Origin: a virus
Lineage: Duplodnaviria > Heunggongvirae > Uroviricota > Caudoviricetes
IMG/VR virus record: IMGVR_UViG_3300024272_001997
Direction: 5' to 3' (one strand)
Length of the DNA stretch: 64,000 nucleotides
This document shows, piece after piece, positions 42,658-52,301 of the stretch. A program made the position numbers and the translations under genes. The notes below the pieces were generated by a model. That model was not told the origin of the DNA. It did no database searches and saw nothing but the letters and a program-made list of their open reading frames with translations. The stretch's first letter is position 1; each line of letters starts with the position of its first letter.

Positions 42658-43017
42658 TTATTCAATAGTAATATTCTTTCCATTTTCAGTAATAGAATAG
42701 ATTACTGGGTCTTGGCCGACTTTCTCGACAAAACCATCAGTGACTAGCTTTCGCATAGCACCAGACACCGCACGAGAACTGATAAATAGTCCTTCGGCAA
42801 TATCTCTTGCCTTCCACATAGGAGTCTCCTGGTGATTCTGTAAGAACTGAAGAATCAGCTTACCATTATCAGTGAATAGAGGCTTTTCTCCATTTTCGTC
42901 CAAGCCACAGAATGCAGTCCAATACAGCTGTGCTTCCTCATTCATAGGAACAGGATCTGCCTTGGTTGCATCAATCAATTCATTTACATACTTAATAAAT
43001 TCTTGCTTTTTACTCAT
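42658..43017 (-). CDS. Winged-helix DNA-binding protein
   Basis: ARDIAEGLFISSRAVSGAMRKLVTDGFVEK. Confidence 0.7.
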   Translation of the reverse strand: MSKKQEFIKYVNELIDATKADPVPMNEEAQLYWTAFCGLDENGEKPLFTDNGKLILQFLQNHQETPMWKARDIAEGLFISSRAVSGAMRKLVTDGFVEKVGQDPVIYSITENGKNITIE

Positions 43018-43058
43018 AGTTATTTATAACTCACTTTCTTTATTTACCTTATGTATAT

Positions 43059-43087
43059 ATTATAACAATTTTATTTAGAAAAATCAA
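43059..43087 (-). promoter_or_regulatory. SigmaA-type promoter
   Basis: TTGATT-17-TATAAT. Confidence 0.7.
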
Positions 43088-43575
43088 CTAATTCTATCAT
43101 ATTGCCAGAATTGATAAGATAAATCATTATATGTTCGAATGTCGCTACAACAAGCTGGCGCCCATTCATCCGATTCATCTAGATTCGGGAAATATGTATC
43201 AACATTTTCGTGGTCTTTGTAAATCTTAGTTACATATACTCGGTCACAAAGAGGCAGTAGTTCTTTATATATTTGCCCTCCGCCAATAACGAAAGAATCA
43301 ATGGGATGATATAACATCATATTAACTCCCTCTTTCCAATCGGCAAACCATCTGTCATGTAGAGAAGGATCGTTCTCTGGATTGCGAGTTAGAACAAGAT
43401 GGAAGCGATTTGGTAAAGGGCCTGGAAGGCTCTCCCAGGTTTTACGACCCATAATAATCATATGGTCATCTGTGAGAGCCTTGAAGTATTTCATATCTTC
43501 GGGGATTCGTTCCAAAAGCTGGCCATTATAACCAATTCCCCAATTATTATCCACAGCAACGATTGCGGAAATCAT
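43084..43575 (-). CDS. folA: Dihydrofolate reductase
   Basis: IVAVD..GIG, DMKYF, MGRKTWESL, IGGGQIY. Confidence 0.95.
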   Translation of the reverse strand: MISAIVAVDNNWGIGYNGQLLERIPEDMKYFKALTDDHMIIMGRKTWESLPGPLPNRFHLVLTRNPENDPSLHDRWFADWKEGVNMMLYHPIDSFVIGGGQIYKELLPLCDRVYVTKIYKDHENVDTYFPNLDESDEWAPACCSDIRTYNDLSYQFWQYDRIS

Positions 43576-44432
43576 ATACCCAACTCCAATGTCAATTGAG
43601 GTTTGATAGGATTATATGCGAACATAGTAAAATCATCGATAGTAAATTCGTAGAAATTACTTGTGCGGTCAGTGTTCAAAAACAGACTTGGAGTAGGGGA
43701 TTTTACTTGCGCTCCCTCTGGATAAAATTCATCATATCTGCGGAGCATTTCATAAGCAGCATTGATGTGTCTGTCATAGATATGCTCATTAGCTACAATA
43801 TGAGTGAAAACACCAGGAGTCAAACCAGTGTCGGCCGCAGTCATCATCAGCAAAGCCGCATACTGAATTTCGTTGATTCCTCCTGGACCAGAAGCAGTAA
43901 GCATATCGCCACTACGCTGAACCAGCATCATATCAAGGAAGCCATCACGCACATTCCAAATGGTCATGAATGCACATGGAGCCAATCCAGGAGTCTCTCT
44001 CAGGTCAGTTTCTTGCCACAAAGAACAAATCTTGCGACGACCATATGGATCTTTCTTAATAGAATCCAAAACATTAGTTTTGAATAAATCATAACGGTCA
44101 ATGGTTGCACCATAACGCTGTCCGATAGTACCATCACCAATATCCCACTCATCCCACCAATTTACACCCATTTCATGCATTTTAGCAATATTATTGGTTG
44201 GTTTTTGATAAATAGTAAAGATTTCTCTAATACCAGTTTTCCAAGCCATGGGACGAAGAGTACAAATAGGAAATTCACCCTTACTCAAATCATACTGTCT
44301 GAAAGTATGGTTTACAAAATAAGTGTGTGCGGGAGTGCCATCCGCATATTTTGGACGAGGATTTACATCTTTTGTTCCCTCAGCCAAAATTCTTTTTATC
44401 ATATCATACATATACTTATCTGCTTTTGTCAT
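43572..44432 (-). CDS. thyA: Thymidylate synthase
   Basis: YGRR, LAPC, QRSGD, N..QYAAL, HIYDRH. Confidence 0.95.
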   Translation of the reverse strand: MTKADKYMYDMIKRILAEGTKDVNPRPKYADGTPAHTYFVNHTFRQYDLSKGEFPICTLRPMAWKTGIREIFTIYQKPTNNIAKMHEMGVNWWDEWDIGDGTIGQRYGATIDRYDLFKTNVLDSIKKDPYGRRKICSLWQETDLRETPGLAPCAFMTIWNVRDGFLDMMLVQRSGDMLTASGPGGINEIQYAALLMMTAADTGLTPGVFTHIVANEHIYDRHINAAYEMLRRYDEFYPEGAQVKSPTPSLFLNTDRTSNFYEFTIDDFTMFAYNPIKPQLTLELGI

Positions 44433-44435
44433 AAC

Positions 44436-44711
44436 TTAATCCTCATTTGTTAGAGAGTAGCCTACGATGGAGGCATCAATATACTGCTTGACAAATTCTT
44501 CCAGTTCATCAATCAGAACATCTTCTTCGGTCCATTCGCCATTAAATAATTCACTATAACTGATAAAATCAATTCCAGTGATTCCATAAGCATATGCTTT
44601 TTGGCGCATGGCAGAAGGATTGGAGCAAGCGATTGCGGCATTTTTCTCCTTAGCCAGGAGCATCAATCTACCGGTCTTGCCAGAACTGCGACCATCAATA
44701 ATTCTGTACAT
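44436..44711 (-). CDS. Hypothetical protein, degenerate P-loop-like
   Basis: GRSSGKT and LIDE; 91 aa. Confidence 0.6.
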   Translation of the reverse strand: MYRIIDGRSSGKTGRLMLLAKEKNAAIACSNPSAMRQKAYAYGITGIDFISYSELFNGEWTEEDVLIDELEEFVKQYIDASIVGYSLTNED

Positions 44712-44722
44712 AAAAACTCTCC

Positions 44723-45682
44723 TTACTTTATACTATATCCAAATTCTTTTGCTTTGAAATAATCCTGCCAGTAGTCTTCTCGTTCATCCAAGAGCGCACG
44801 AGTGCATTCTTCAATGACTTCAAAGGTGAAATTTTCTGGACCTGCCGCAATCATTGCAGGATAAAGTTTATTGCGGGTTGGGGCATCTGCGCCGACGCCA
44901 CGCTTGATATGTTGTTTCCAACGGTCTGCTAAGTTAGCAGCTTGACCAACATAACATTTTCCAGTTTCAATTTCAGTTATTTTATAAATGCCGGTATGGA
45001 TTCCTCCGCCAATTACTCTGCCAATCAAATCAGTGGTTGGTTTTTCGTAATAACATTTCCAAATAACTTTATTCAAAGGCTCTTTATCTCTCAATAAATG
45101 TTCAATTGACCGCAAGGCTTTGATTTCCTCAACGTCAATATCATTTAGTTGAATACGATAAAAATCCTTTGCTGTTTTCATTTCTTCTGCTCTTTTGGCG
45201 GCCAGGACGGCGGCATCATTAATCGCACGCATAGCACTAACGTTATCAGCCATTTGGCGATATTGTTCCATAAAGTGTGCGACAGTTTCTTCATATTGTC
45301 TTTGAAATGCTTCAACATTTTCTTGATGCTCCTACGCTGCGCGAACTGCATCTTTCGCGAAGCAATCTTTCATAGCATCCATCTTAGACTTATATAGAGC
45401 ATTTGCGGCCTCAGTAGCTTGTTCCTCAGCAACTTTTATTGTTGAACGCAAATTTTCAAGACGGTCATTTTCACGACCTCTTTCAAGAACAAGTTTTGTG
45501 TGCTCTTGGTCCAAAATGGAATTTGATTCAATGAGTTGTTTATTTTCTAACTCAAGTTTTCTATTCTATTCAATAATTGAACTATTGATTTGAACAGTCT
45601 ATCGTAATTTTGGTTTTAGAGTTAGATAAACAACTAATCCACTTATAATTGCCGCAAGTAGAAAAATAATTATATAACTCAT
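44723..45682 (-). CDS. Membrane-anchored coiled-coil protein with C-terminal GIY-YIG nuclease domain, 319 aa, 3 in-frame TAG
   Basis: N-terminal TM MSYIIIFLLAAIISGLVVYL; TAG at 45599, 45566, 45332; GIYKIT..YVGQA..RWKQH. Confidence 0.75.
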
Positions 45683-45685
45683 ATC

Positions 45686-45723
45686 AAAAAAGAAGGCGTA
45701 AGATATATTTCAATCTTACGCCT
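45686..45723 (-). terminator. Rho-independent terminator
   Basis: AGGCGTAAGAT..ATCTTACGCCT stem with U-tract on minus. Confidence 0.7.
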
Positions 45724-45737
45724 GGTATATGTCAAAA

Positions 45738-46013
45738 TTACTCAGCAGCTTCAACAACGGCATCGGGATCGAAAGCCATACCTGCGTCAGTCAGCTTCAG
45801 GAACTTGACAGGCTTGTGGGAGCCATCTTCCAGCTCAACTTCTGCGGGAATACGAACACCGTAGCCCTTTCTCTGAATAGCACTGGTGAAGATACCATCA
45901 ACCTGACGCTTTTCCAGACCCAAAGCAGCAGCAACGTCAGCAGCAGTTACGTCAGCGCCATTAATCTCCTTCATGTAATTTAGAACCTTCTTAGAATTAT
46001 CGCTCATAGCCAT
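45738..46013 (-). CDS. Small winged-helix DNA-binding protein
   Basis: VTAADVAAALGL..LKLTDAG; highly-expressed codon bias. Confidence 0.7.
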   Translation of the reverse strand: MAMSDNSKKVLNYMKEINGADVTAADVAAALGLEKRQVDGIFTSAIQRKGYGVRIPAEVELEDGSHKPVKFLKLTDAGMAFDPDAVVEAAE

Positions 46014-46080
46014 AGTAAATAATCTCCTTTAATAAATAATATTTTTTAGTTAATTTTGTAACCTGATTGGTTATGTAAAT

Positions 46081-46109
46081 ATTATATCAAAAAATTTTTG
46101 AAATGTCAA
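46081..46109 (-). promoter_or_regulatory. SigmaA-type promoter
   Basis: TTGACA-17-TATAAT (perfect consensus). Confidence 0.85.
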
Positions 46110-46117
46110 GAAATTTT

Positions 46118-46309
46118 TTAATTTTTTTCAAGCAATTCCATTACAAGTTCGTCAATAGCGACCATATCTTCCAGACTGTGTACGCTACTTGAGATTCTCA
46201 TAATTTCTTCTTCTGCCTGCTTGACAGCCTTAGGATCTTCATTCTTCATAATGATCCTCTCGCACTTAGCGATCTTGACCGCCAAGTTTTTCATTTCTTT
46301 TTTCTTCAT
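46118..46309 (-). CDS. Hypothetical protein
   Basis: 63 aa from ATG 46309, downstream of the promoter at 46343-46371. Confidence 0.65.
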   Translation of the reverse strand: MKKKEMKNLAVKIAKCERIIMKNEDPKAVKQAEEEIMRISSSVHSLEDMVAIDELVMELLEKN

Positions 46310-46342
46310 TTGAAAATTTTCATCCTTAATCTTTACGATTTT

Positions 46343-46371
46343 ATTATACAAAAAATTTTTCGTTTTGTCAA
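46343..46371 (-). promoter_or_regulatory. SigmaA-type promoter
   Basis: TTGACA-17-TATAAT. Confidence 0.85.
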
Positions 46372-48360
46372 TTACACGATTCCAAATGTCTCAATGAAGT
46401 CGGTTTCTGACAAGATCGCAACCCCCAAAGACTTCGCAGCTTGATTCTTTGAAGAGGTCGAGTTCACATCATTATTGATAAGATAATTAGTATTCTTGCT
46501 AACAGAACCTGTTACCTTACCACCAAGAGCCTCAATTTTAGCTTTCAAAGCATCCCGATTCTTGAAATGAGTGAGCTTTCCAGTAATTACAAAGGTTTTT
46601 CCTGTTAAATCAACAGCACCTTCCGCAGTCTCCTCAACCTTTGCTTCTGGAGAATTAAATTGAATAAAATGGTCAGCAATATATTTTGCTTCGGAGTAAT
46701 CAAAATCGATTAGATTACGATGCATCTCGCCTCCAAAACCGGAAAGCTGATAGAATGGATACTTACTATCCACAGCCACTACAAAATCTTCCCAAGTCTT
46801 GAAATGCTTGACCAATTCCTTAGAAGCCGTTGAACCAATCAACGGAATACCAAGAGCCGCAATGAACTGATGAAGTTCACAGTGAGAACCAGTACTAATG
46901 GCATTAAATACCTTCTCGACGGATTTGACACCAAATCCAGGTTTTTTAATCCATTCTTCTTTATGAGTAGCCAAATCAAAAATGTCGGAGCATTTACTTA
47001 CCCAACCCCAATCAATCAATTTCTCTAGAGTGGCTTTAGAAATACCCTTCATATCAAGGCCCTTCTTACCACAGAAATGATCTAATCGGTTAATCAACTT
47101 ACCAGGACATCCGGAATCAATACAAATCAACACAACGGAATCATTCACGCCCCAATGCTGAGTCATTCCGCCGCAAACAGGACACTCATGAGGAATAAGA
47201 ATCTTATTCTCTTCATATAAGCCTTCCTTACTAGCAGAAGCAATCTGCGGAATAATCATATTAGCCTTGAATACTTCAATCTCTTGATACTTATGCGGAC
47301 CAAGAGGGGCAAAAATTCCTGCCATAACACTGATATTGTGTAAACTTGCTCTTTCTACGGTAGAACCATCAATATCGACTGGTTCAAAGATTGCGACGGG
47401 AGTCAAAACGCCTGTTCTACCCATCGTCCATTCGATATCCAAAAGCCTGGTAGTGTAGGTATCATCATAGAACTTAAATGCCAACGCATTTTTGAAGTGA
47501 TGTGTCGTTTCGCCAAGAGAACGTCCGTATGCACAGTCCGCAAATTTGAATACTACGCCATCAATGGGATAAGAATGAATTTTTGCAGTATTTCTAATCG
47601 CATCAATTACGTGTTCAATGTTCACTTGATTAACTGCTTGACCTGTTAGTGGAACAAATGGGACAATTGTAAATCCAAAAGGACGAAGTAATTCAAGCTT
47701 TTGGTCTAACCGATATTCCACTCCATCTTCAAAGTAGATGGAAGAAATAACATCCCATACCACAAATGTGAGCCTGCGGGCCGCACATTCCTTGGCATCT
47801 AATAGACGAATACTACCTGCAGCGAAATTTCTTGGGTTCCGATACTGATTACTGAACTCTTGGAAATCATCATATGTGCAAATAATTTCACCATCAATTA
47901 CCAGTTCATCAGTATATGGGATTTTACGCGGAATAGAAGAAAGAACTCTTGCGTTATGTAAAATATCTTCACCAACTAATCCGTTGCCCCGAGTCTCCGC
48001 AGCAACTAATTCTCCATTACGGTAAGTAAGAGAACAAGTAAGACCATCCATCTTACACATTGCCAGGAATAATTTATTTCCGACAAAATCTAATACTTCC
48101 TTTGAAGATTTAGTTTTTTCTAAGGATAACATCTTATGATTATGTTCTGCTTTTGATAAAGCATTTACTACTTCATAAGTAATAACTTGAGTAGGAGAAT
48201 TAGGAAGGACTAATCCAGTTTCTTCTTCTAATTGTTTCAACTCAAAATATTTATTATCCCATTCTTCGTCTGTAATTATTGGATTTCCTTCATCATATTT
48301 TTTAGTAGCATCATTTAAGATAGCTACTAAATAATGAATTTTATCATAGATACTATCCAT
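46372..48360 (-). CDS. ligA: NAD-dependent DNA ligase
   Basis: KMDG, ETRGNG, NPRNFAAGS, DGVV, ASLHN, Zn finger, HhH, BRCT. Confidence 0.97.
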   Translation of the reverse strand: MDSIYDKIHYLVAILNDATKKYDEGNPIITDEEWDNKYFELKQLEEETGLVLPNSPTQVITYEVVNALSKAEHNHKMLSLEKTKSSKEVLDFVGNKLFLAMCKMDGLTCSLTYRNGELVAAETRGNGLVGEDILHNARVLSSIPRKIPYTDELVIDGEIICTYDDFQEFSNQYRNPRNFAAGSIRLLDAKECAARRLTFVVWDVISSIYFEDGVEYRLDQKLELLRPFGFTIVPFVPLTGQAVNQVNIEHVIDAIRNTAKIHSYPIDGVVFKFADCAYGRSLGETTHHFKNALAFKFYDDTYTTRLLDIEWTMGRTGVLTPVAIFEPVDIDGSTVERASLHNISVMAGIFAPLGPHKYQEIEVFKANMIIPQIASASKEGLYEENKILIPHECPVCGGMTQHWGVNDSVVLICIDSGCPGKLINRLDHFCGKKGLDMKGISKATLEKLIDWGWVSKCSDIFDLATHKEEWIKKPGFGVKSVEKVFNAISTGSHCELHQFIAALGIPLIGSTASKELVKHFKTWEDFVVAVDSKYPFYQLSGFGGEMHRNLIDFDYSEAKYIADHFIQFNSPEAKVEETAEGAVDLTGKTFVITGKLTHFKNRDALKAKIEALGGKVTGSVSKNTNYLINNDVNSTSSKNQAAKSLGVAILSETDFIETFGIV

Positions 48361-48385
48361 TATTATTCTCCTTAATTACAAATAT

Positions 48386-48414
48386 ATTATATAAAAAATT
48401 TTTTCTTTTGTCAA
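48386..48414 (-). promoter_or_regulatory. SigmaA-type promoter
   Basis: TTGACA-17-TATAAT. Confidence 0.85.
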
Positions 48415-48420
48415 GTAAGT

Positions 48421-48792
48421 TTAGCCTATAAGCGTGGGTTCAAAATGCTCATAATCATGATGTGGAATGGCTAAAATTTCACCAATTTTCAAAAAATTGA
48501 GTCTTGGTACAATATGCAATCCATCCATTTGCAATTCACTTGGAGCAACAATACTATTCATTTTTACTCCTTTACTTTGACAGAGTAAATCAAAAGTATC
48601 TTCACTCATATAATAATCATAATTATGTGCATATTCATAATGGCGATTTAGAAAACCTTTTAGACTTTCTAAATTTACCACCTGAGATTGAACTCTGTCT
48701 TCATGATAAGAACTTACAAGCGCATCTTTATCATCTAGCTCGTCCCAACCAATAGAGTTGGGACGGCTATAATATTCACTCAAAATCATCAT
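48421..48792 (-). CDS. Hypothetical protein
   Basis: 123 aa, overlaps the gyrA stop. Confidence 0.6.
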   Translation of the reverse strand: MMILSEYYSRPNSIGWDELDDKDALVSSYHEDRVQSQVVNLESLKGFLNRHYEYAHNYDYYMSEDTFDLLCQSKGVKMNSIVAPSELQMDGLHIVPRLNFLKIGEILAIPHHDYEHFEPTLIG

Positions 48793-51164
48793 ACTTTACT
48801 TACAGAAAGAACCTTATTTCCTTTGATTACTTGATTACCGATTGAAGGACGGCCCAAAGTGGGAATTTCAGATGCTTCAATACAAATACTGCTCTTATCA
48901 CCCAAAATCAAGATACTATCCCCATCCTCAATTAAGGTTGCCGCACTTACCATTCCAGTAGAATCAGTAGGCTTGTAGCACATTAGACCCTTACCTCCAC
49001 GCTTCTGGATTGGTAATTCAGACAGGTCAAACTTCTTAGCCAGACCATTCTGAACAAAAATTGCTAACTTATCAGTCTTATTGCGGATTGGAACTGCGCT
49101 GACTACCTTATCTTCGGCGCCCAAGGTAATACCCTTTACACCAGAAGTGGTTCTAGAAGTAGCTCCAATTTCCTTAGAATCAAAATGGATACCATAACCC
49201 TTTTCAGTTACGATAATCAAAGGTTCATCCTTGATTAGAGAAACAGCAGCCAGCTCATCGCCCTCTTTGATAGTGATTGCGGCAATGCCAGTCTTCTTCT
49301 TGGTCTTGACATATTCATCTAAAGCGGTCTTTTTGACCAAACCATTCTTGGTCACGAACAGGACATATTGAGCATCAGTATCACGATAGATAGAATACAT
49401 CACCGCAGGCTGTTCATCCATCTCCATATTGATTAGAGATTTGATAGAAGTGCCCTTACTTACATTAGTTCCTACTGGAACATCATTTACAAGTAGACGA
49501 TACATCTTACCCTTGTTACTGAAAATCATCAGAGAATCAATAGTATTGGTGCGGATAACAGCATGAGTAATGTCATCTTGAGTCTTTACACCTTTACCAT
49601 TTCTCTTCTGGGTGCGGAAACTGGTTGCGGGGATGCGCTTGACAAGACCACCTTCGGTCATAATAACAACGCACTTTTCAGGTTCAACGAACTCAATTTC
49701 CTTTTCTTCCTTAGTGGAAGCGACCTGGGTTATAGTACTTCTACGAGCATCACCATAAAGCTTTTTAAGTTCGGTGAATTCTTCCACAAGTGATGGAGTT
49801 GGATTCTTAAGAATATTCTCCAATCGCTGGGACTCAAGAATTTTTTCATTTCTCTCAGTTTCAATTTCAACCTTCTCCAATTTAGCCAACTTAGAAAGCT
49901 TCATATCTAAGATTGCCTTTGCCTGGGCTTCAGAGAAGTTATACTGGCTCATAAGCGCAGTTTTAGCAGCGGCCGCACTTTCAGACTTTTTGATAAGTGC
50001 GATAATATTATCAATATTTTCTAGTGCCTTTAACAGACCCTCTAAAATATGGATTCGTGCGGCAATCTTATCTAATTCAAACTTTGTTTTTCTTAGTAGA
50101 ACATCCTTTTGGTGATCAATATAAATCTCCAAAAGTTGCTTGATATTCAATAGTTGAGGCTTTTTATCCACAAGGGCAACTTGATTGAAACTGTAAGTAT
50201 CTTCCAATCGTGTGAGCTTGAATAATTTTGCGATAATCGGTTCAGTAGAAACTCCTTTAGCAACTTCAATAACAAAGCGCACACCATCTTTATTGGATTC
50301 ATCTCGAATTGCGGTAATACCTTCTAACTTACCTTCTTCGCAGAGCTTATCAATCTCTTTTACAAGGTCTTCTTTAGAAACTTTGTAGGGAATGGAAGTA
50401 AAAACGATACTATCACTTTTCTTATCAGATTCAACAACATATTCGCCCCGAATCCTTGCTCTGCCCTTACCCATTAGGTAAGCTGCGGGCAGTTCGTCCT
50501 TATTGATAATTGTTCCGCCGGTGGGAAAGTCAGGTCCAGAAATGTAATTCAAAATTTCCTTGATATCACATTCAGGGTTCTGCGCGACATGGATAGCCGC
50601 ATCCATAACTTCATTCATATTGTGAGGGGCGAAACTACAAGCCATCGCAACAGCAATGCCAGAAGTACCATTAACAATCAAGTTAGGAACTCGACCGGGT
50701 AGATAAATAGGCTCTTGCTCTTCATCAGTATAAGCGTTCTGCCAATCTACTGTATCTTTCTTGATGTCTGCTAACATTTCTTCGCCAGCCTTAGATAGCT
50801 TACACTCAGTATAACGATAAGCAGCGGGTTCATCACCATCTCTACTACCATTATTGCCATGGAATTGAATCAGCGGATATCGCATATTCCAAGGCTGACT
50901 CAACCAGACCAGCGCACCATAAATAGAACTGTCACCATGAGGATGGAAACGGCCCATGGTGTCACCGACGGGCTGGGCGCACTTTACAAATTTCTTATTA
51001 TTCATATAGCCTTTGTCGAACATATCCCAAAGGATACGACGAGCAACAGGCTTCAAACCATCTTCTGCGGAAGGGATGGCTCTGTCTGTGATGACACTCA
51101 AACTGTAATCAAGGAAACTTTGTTCAACTTCCCTGATGATCGGTGTCTGAATTATGTCTCCCAT
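48789..51164 (-). CDS. gyrA: DNA gyrase subunit A
   Basis: DGLKPV, HPHGD, AAYRYTE catalytic Tyr, GyrA-box QKRNGKG, beta-pinwheel repeats. Confidence 0.95.
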   Translation of the reverse strand: MGDIIQTPIIREVEQSFLDYSLSVITDRAIPSAEDGLKPVARRILWDMFDKGYMNNKKFVKCAQPVGDTMGRFHPHGDSSIYGALVWLSQPWNMRYPLIQFHGNNGSRDGDEPAAYRYTECKLSKAGEEMLADIKKDTVDWQNAYTDEEQEPIYLPGRVPNLIVNGTSGIAVAMACSFAPHNMNEVMDAAIHVAQNPECDIKEILNYISGPDFPTGGTIINKDELPAAYLMGKGRARIRGEYVVESDKKSDSIVFTSIPYKVSKEDLVKEIDKLCEEGKLEGITAIRDESNKDGVRFVIEVAKGVSTEPIIAKLFKLTRLEDTYSFNQVALVDKKPQLLNIKQLLEIYIDHQKDVLLRKTKFELDKIAARIHILEGLLKALENIDNIIALIKKSESAAAAKTALMSQYNFSEAQAKAILDMKLSKLAKLEKVEIETERNEKILESQRLENILKNPTPSLVEEFTELKKLYGDARRSTITQVASTKEEKEIEFVEPEKCVVIMTEGGLVKRIPATSFRTQKRNGKGVKTQDDITHAVIRTNTIDSLMIFSNKGKMYRLLVNDVPVGTNVSKGTSIKSLINMEMDEQPAVMYSIYRDTDAQYVLFVTKNGLVKKTALDEYVKTKKKTGIAAITIKEGDELAAVSLIKDEPLIIVTEKGYGIHFDSKEIGATSRTTSGVKGITLGAEDKVVSAVPIRNKTDKLAIFVQNGLAKKFDLSELPIQKRGGKGLMCYKPTDSTGMVSAATLIEDGDSILILGDKSSICIEASEIPTLGRPSIGNQVIKGNKVLSVSKV

Positions 51165-51423
51165 AAGGAACCTCCTTTACATCTACAAATTGATCGAAAA
51201 ACTCATTCATCGTTTGAGGTAAAGTTCGATCTATAACATCTTCAATTATTTTAAGTAATGTCTCAGTTGGGTAACGCGCATCAAGCCAAGGTTTTTCTGT
51301 GGAAATGGCAGGAATTGGCATATATTTTCTTTCCAAATCTATTGACCAATCTTGACTTTTAGGCTTGACAAGTGTGCGTCTTTCTTTCCAATCAACTATA
51401 TGTGGCATATGCTTCTTCCTCAC
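51124..51423 (-). CDS. Hypothetical protein
   Basis: 99 aa between rnh and gyrA. Confidence 0.5.
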   Translation of the reverse strand: MRKKHMPHIVDWKERRTLVKPKSQDWSIDLERKYMPIPAISTEKPWLDARYPTETLLKIIEDVIDRTLPQTMNEFFDQFVDVKEVPYGRHNSDTDHQGS

Positions 51424-51868
51424 TAATATATCCAGTAGCCAATTGGTCGGCTAGTTCATTCCACTCATGTCCATTATGACCTTTAATTTTTCTCAAATCA
51501 ATGCGGTAACCTTCTTTGTACCAGTCATAATATGCTTGAATCAAATCCAGATTTTCTGGTTTTTGCTTATCACTTTTAATCCAGCCTCGTCTTGCCCAGT
51601 TGAACATCCACTCATTGAATGTATTCACGCAATATGCAGAGTCGCTATATACGATCGGTGGCTGGCCCCAATCATCGCACTTCTCTCCGTAATTGAGCAT
51701 TACATATAAAATTGCTTTTAGTTCTTCTCGATTATTTGTGGTATCATTGGATCTCTTGGCTCGAACAAATTGAACAGAACCATTATCATCGACACCAACG
51801 ATACCATAACCACCTTTTGCATTGGCCTTACCATTGCCAATACAGGAACCATCAGTGTAAAAAGTCAT
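51392..51868 (-). CDS. rnhA: Ribonuclease HI
   Basis: YTDGS, TNNREEL, SDSAY, KGH..NELADQLA. Confidence 0.92.
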   Translation of the reverse strand: MTFYTDGSCIGNGKANAKGGYGIVGVDDNGSVQFVRAKRSNDTTNNREELKAILYVMLNYGEKCDDWGQPPIVYSDSAYCVNTFNEWMFNWARRGWIKSDKQKPENLDLIQAYYDWYKEGYRIDLRKIKGHNGHEWNELADQLATGYISEEEAYATYS

Positions 51869-52301
51869 TTGGATGTCCTTTCAAAATATCGTCAATTATT
51901 TTATCAATATCTACTTCTTCAGCAATATCAACAATGGAACTAACTTCTTTAGTTCCTTTTAGAACAGTCATTCCCTTCAACACTTGCTCATTACAAAGCA
52001 TTACAGTATTATTAGGAAATGCTTCTTGTAATTCTTTTAGAATGTTTTGGCAATCACTCAATTTCATATTCGCAGAAATATGACATAACAGCACATCACC
52101 AGGGTCAAGAGATACTTTTTGAATTTTATATCCCTCCCAAGTTCCAGTTATTCCATCCTGCTTCACAGAAGCAGGCGGAATATAATTTGGATTTACTGCT
52201 GTTGTAGAGCGATTATTCAAATAACTATAAGGAGTGCCGGTACTATACGCGTTAGTTAAGCCAGCATAAATTTCTCTTTCTTTTTGGTATCCATTATACA
52301 T
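51852..52301 (-). CDS. Hypothetical protein
   Basis: 149 aa from ATG 52301. Confidence 0.6.
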   Translation of the reverse strand: MYNGYQKEREIYAGLTNAYSTGTPYSYLNNRSTTAVNPNYIPPASVKQDGITGTWEGYKIQKVSLDPGDVLLCHISANMKLSDCQNILKELQEAFPNNTVMLCNEQVLKGMTVLKGTKEVSSIVDIAEEVDIDKIIDDILKGHPNDFLH

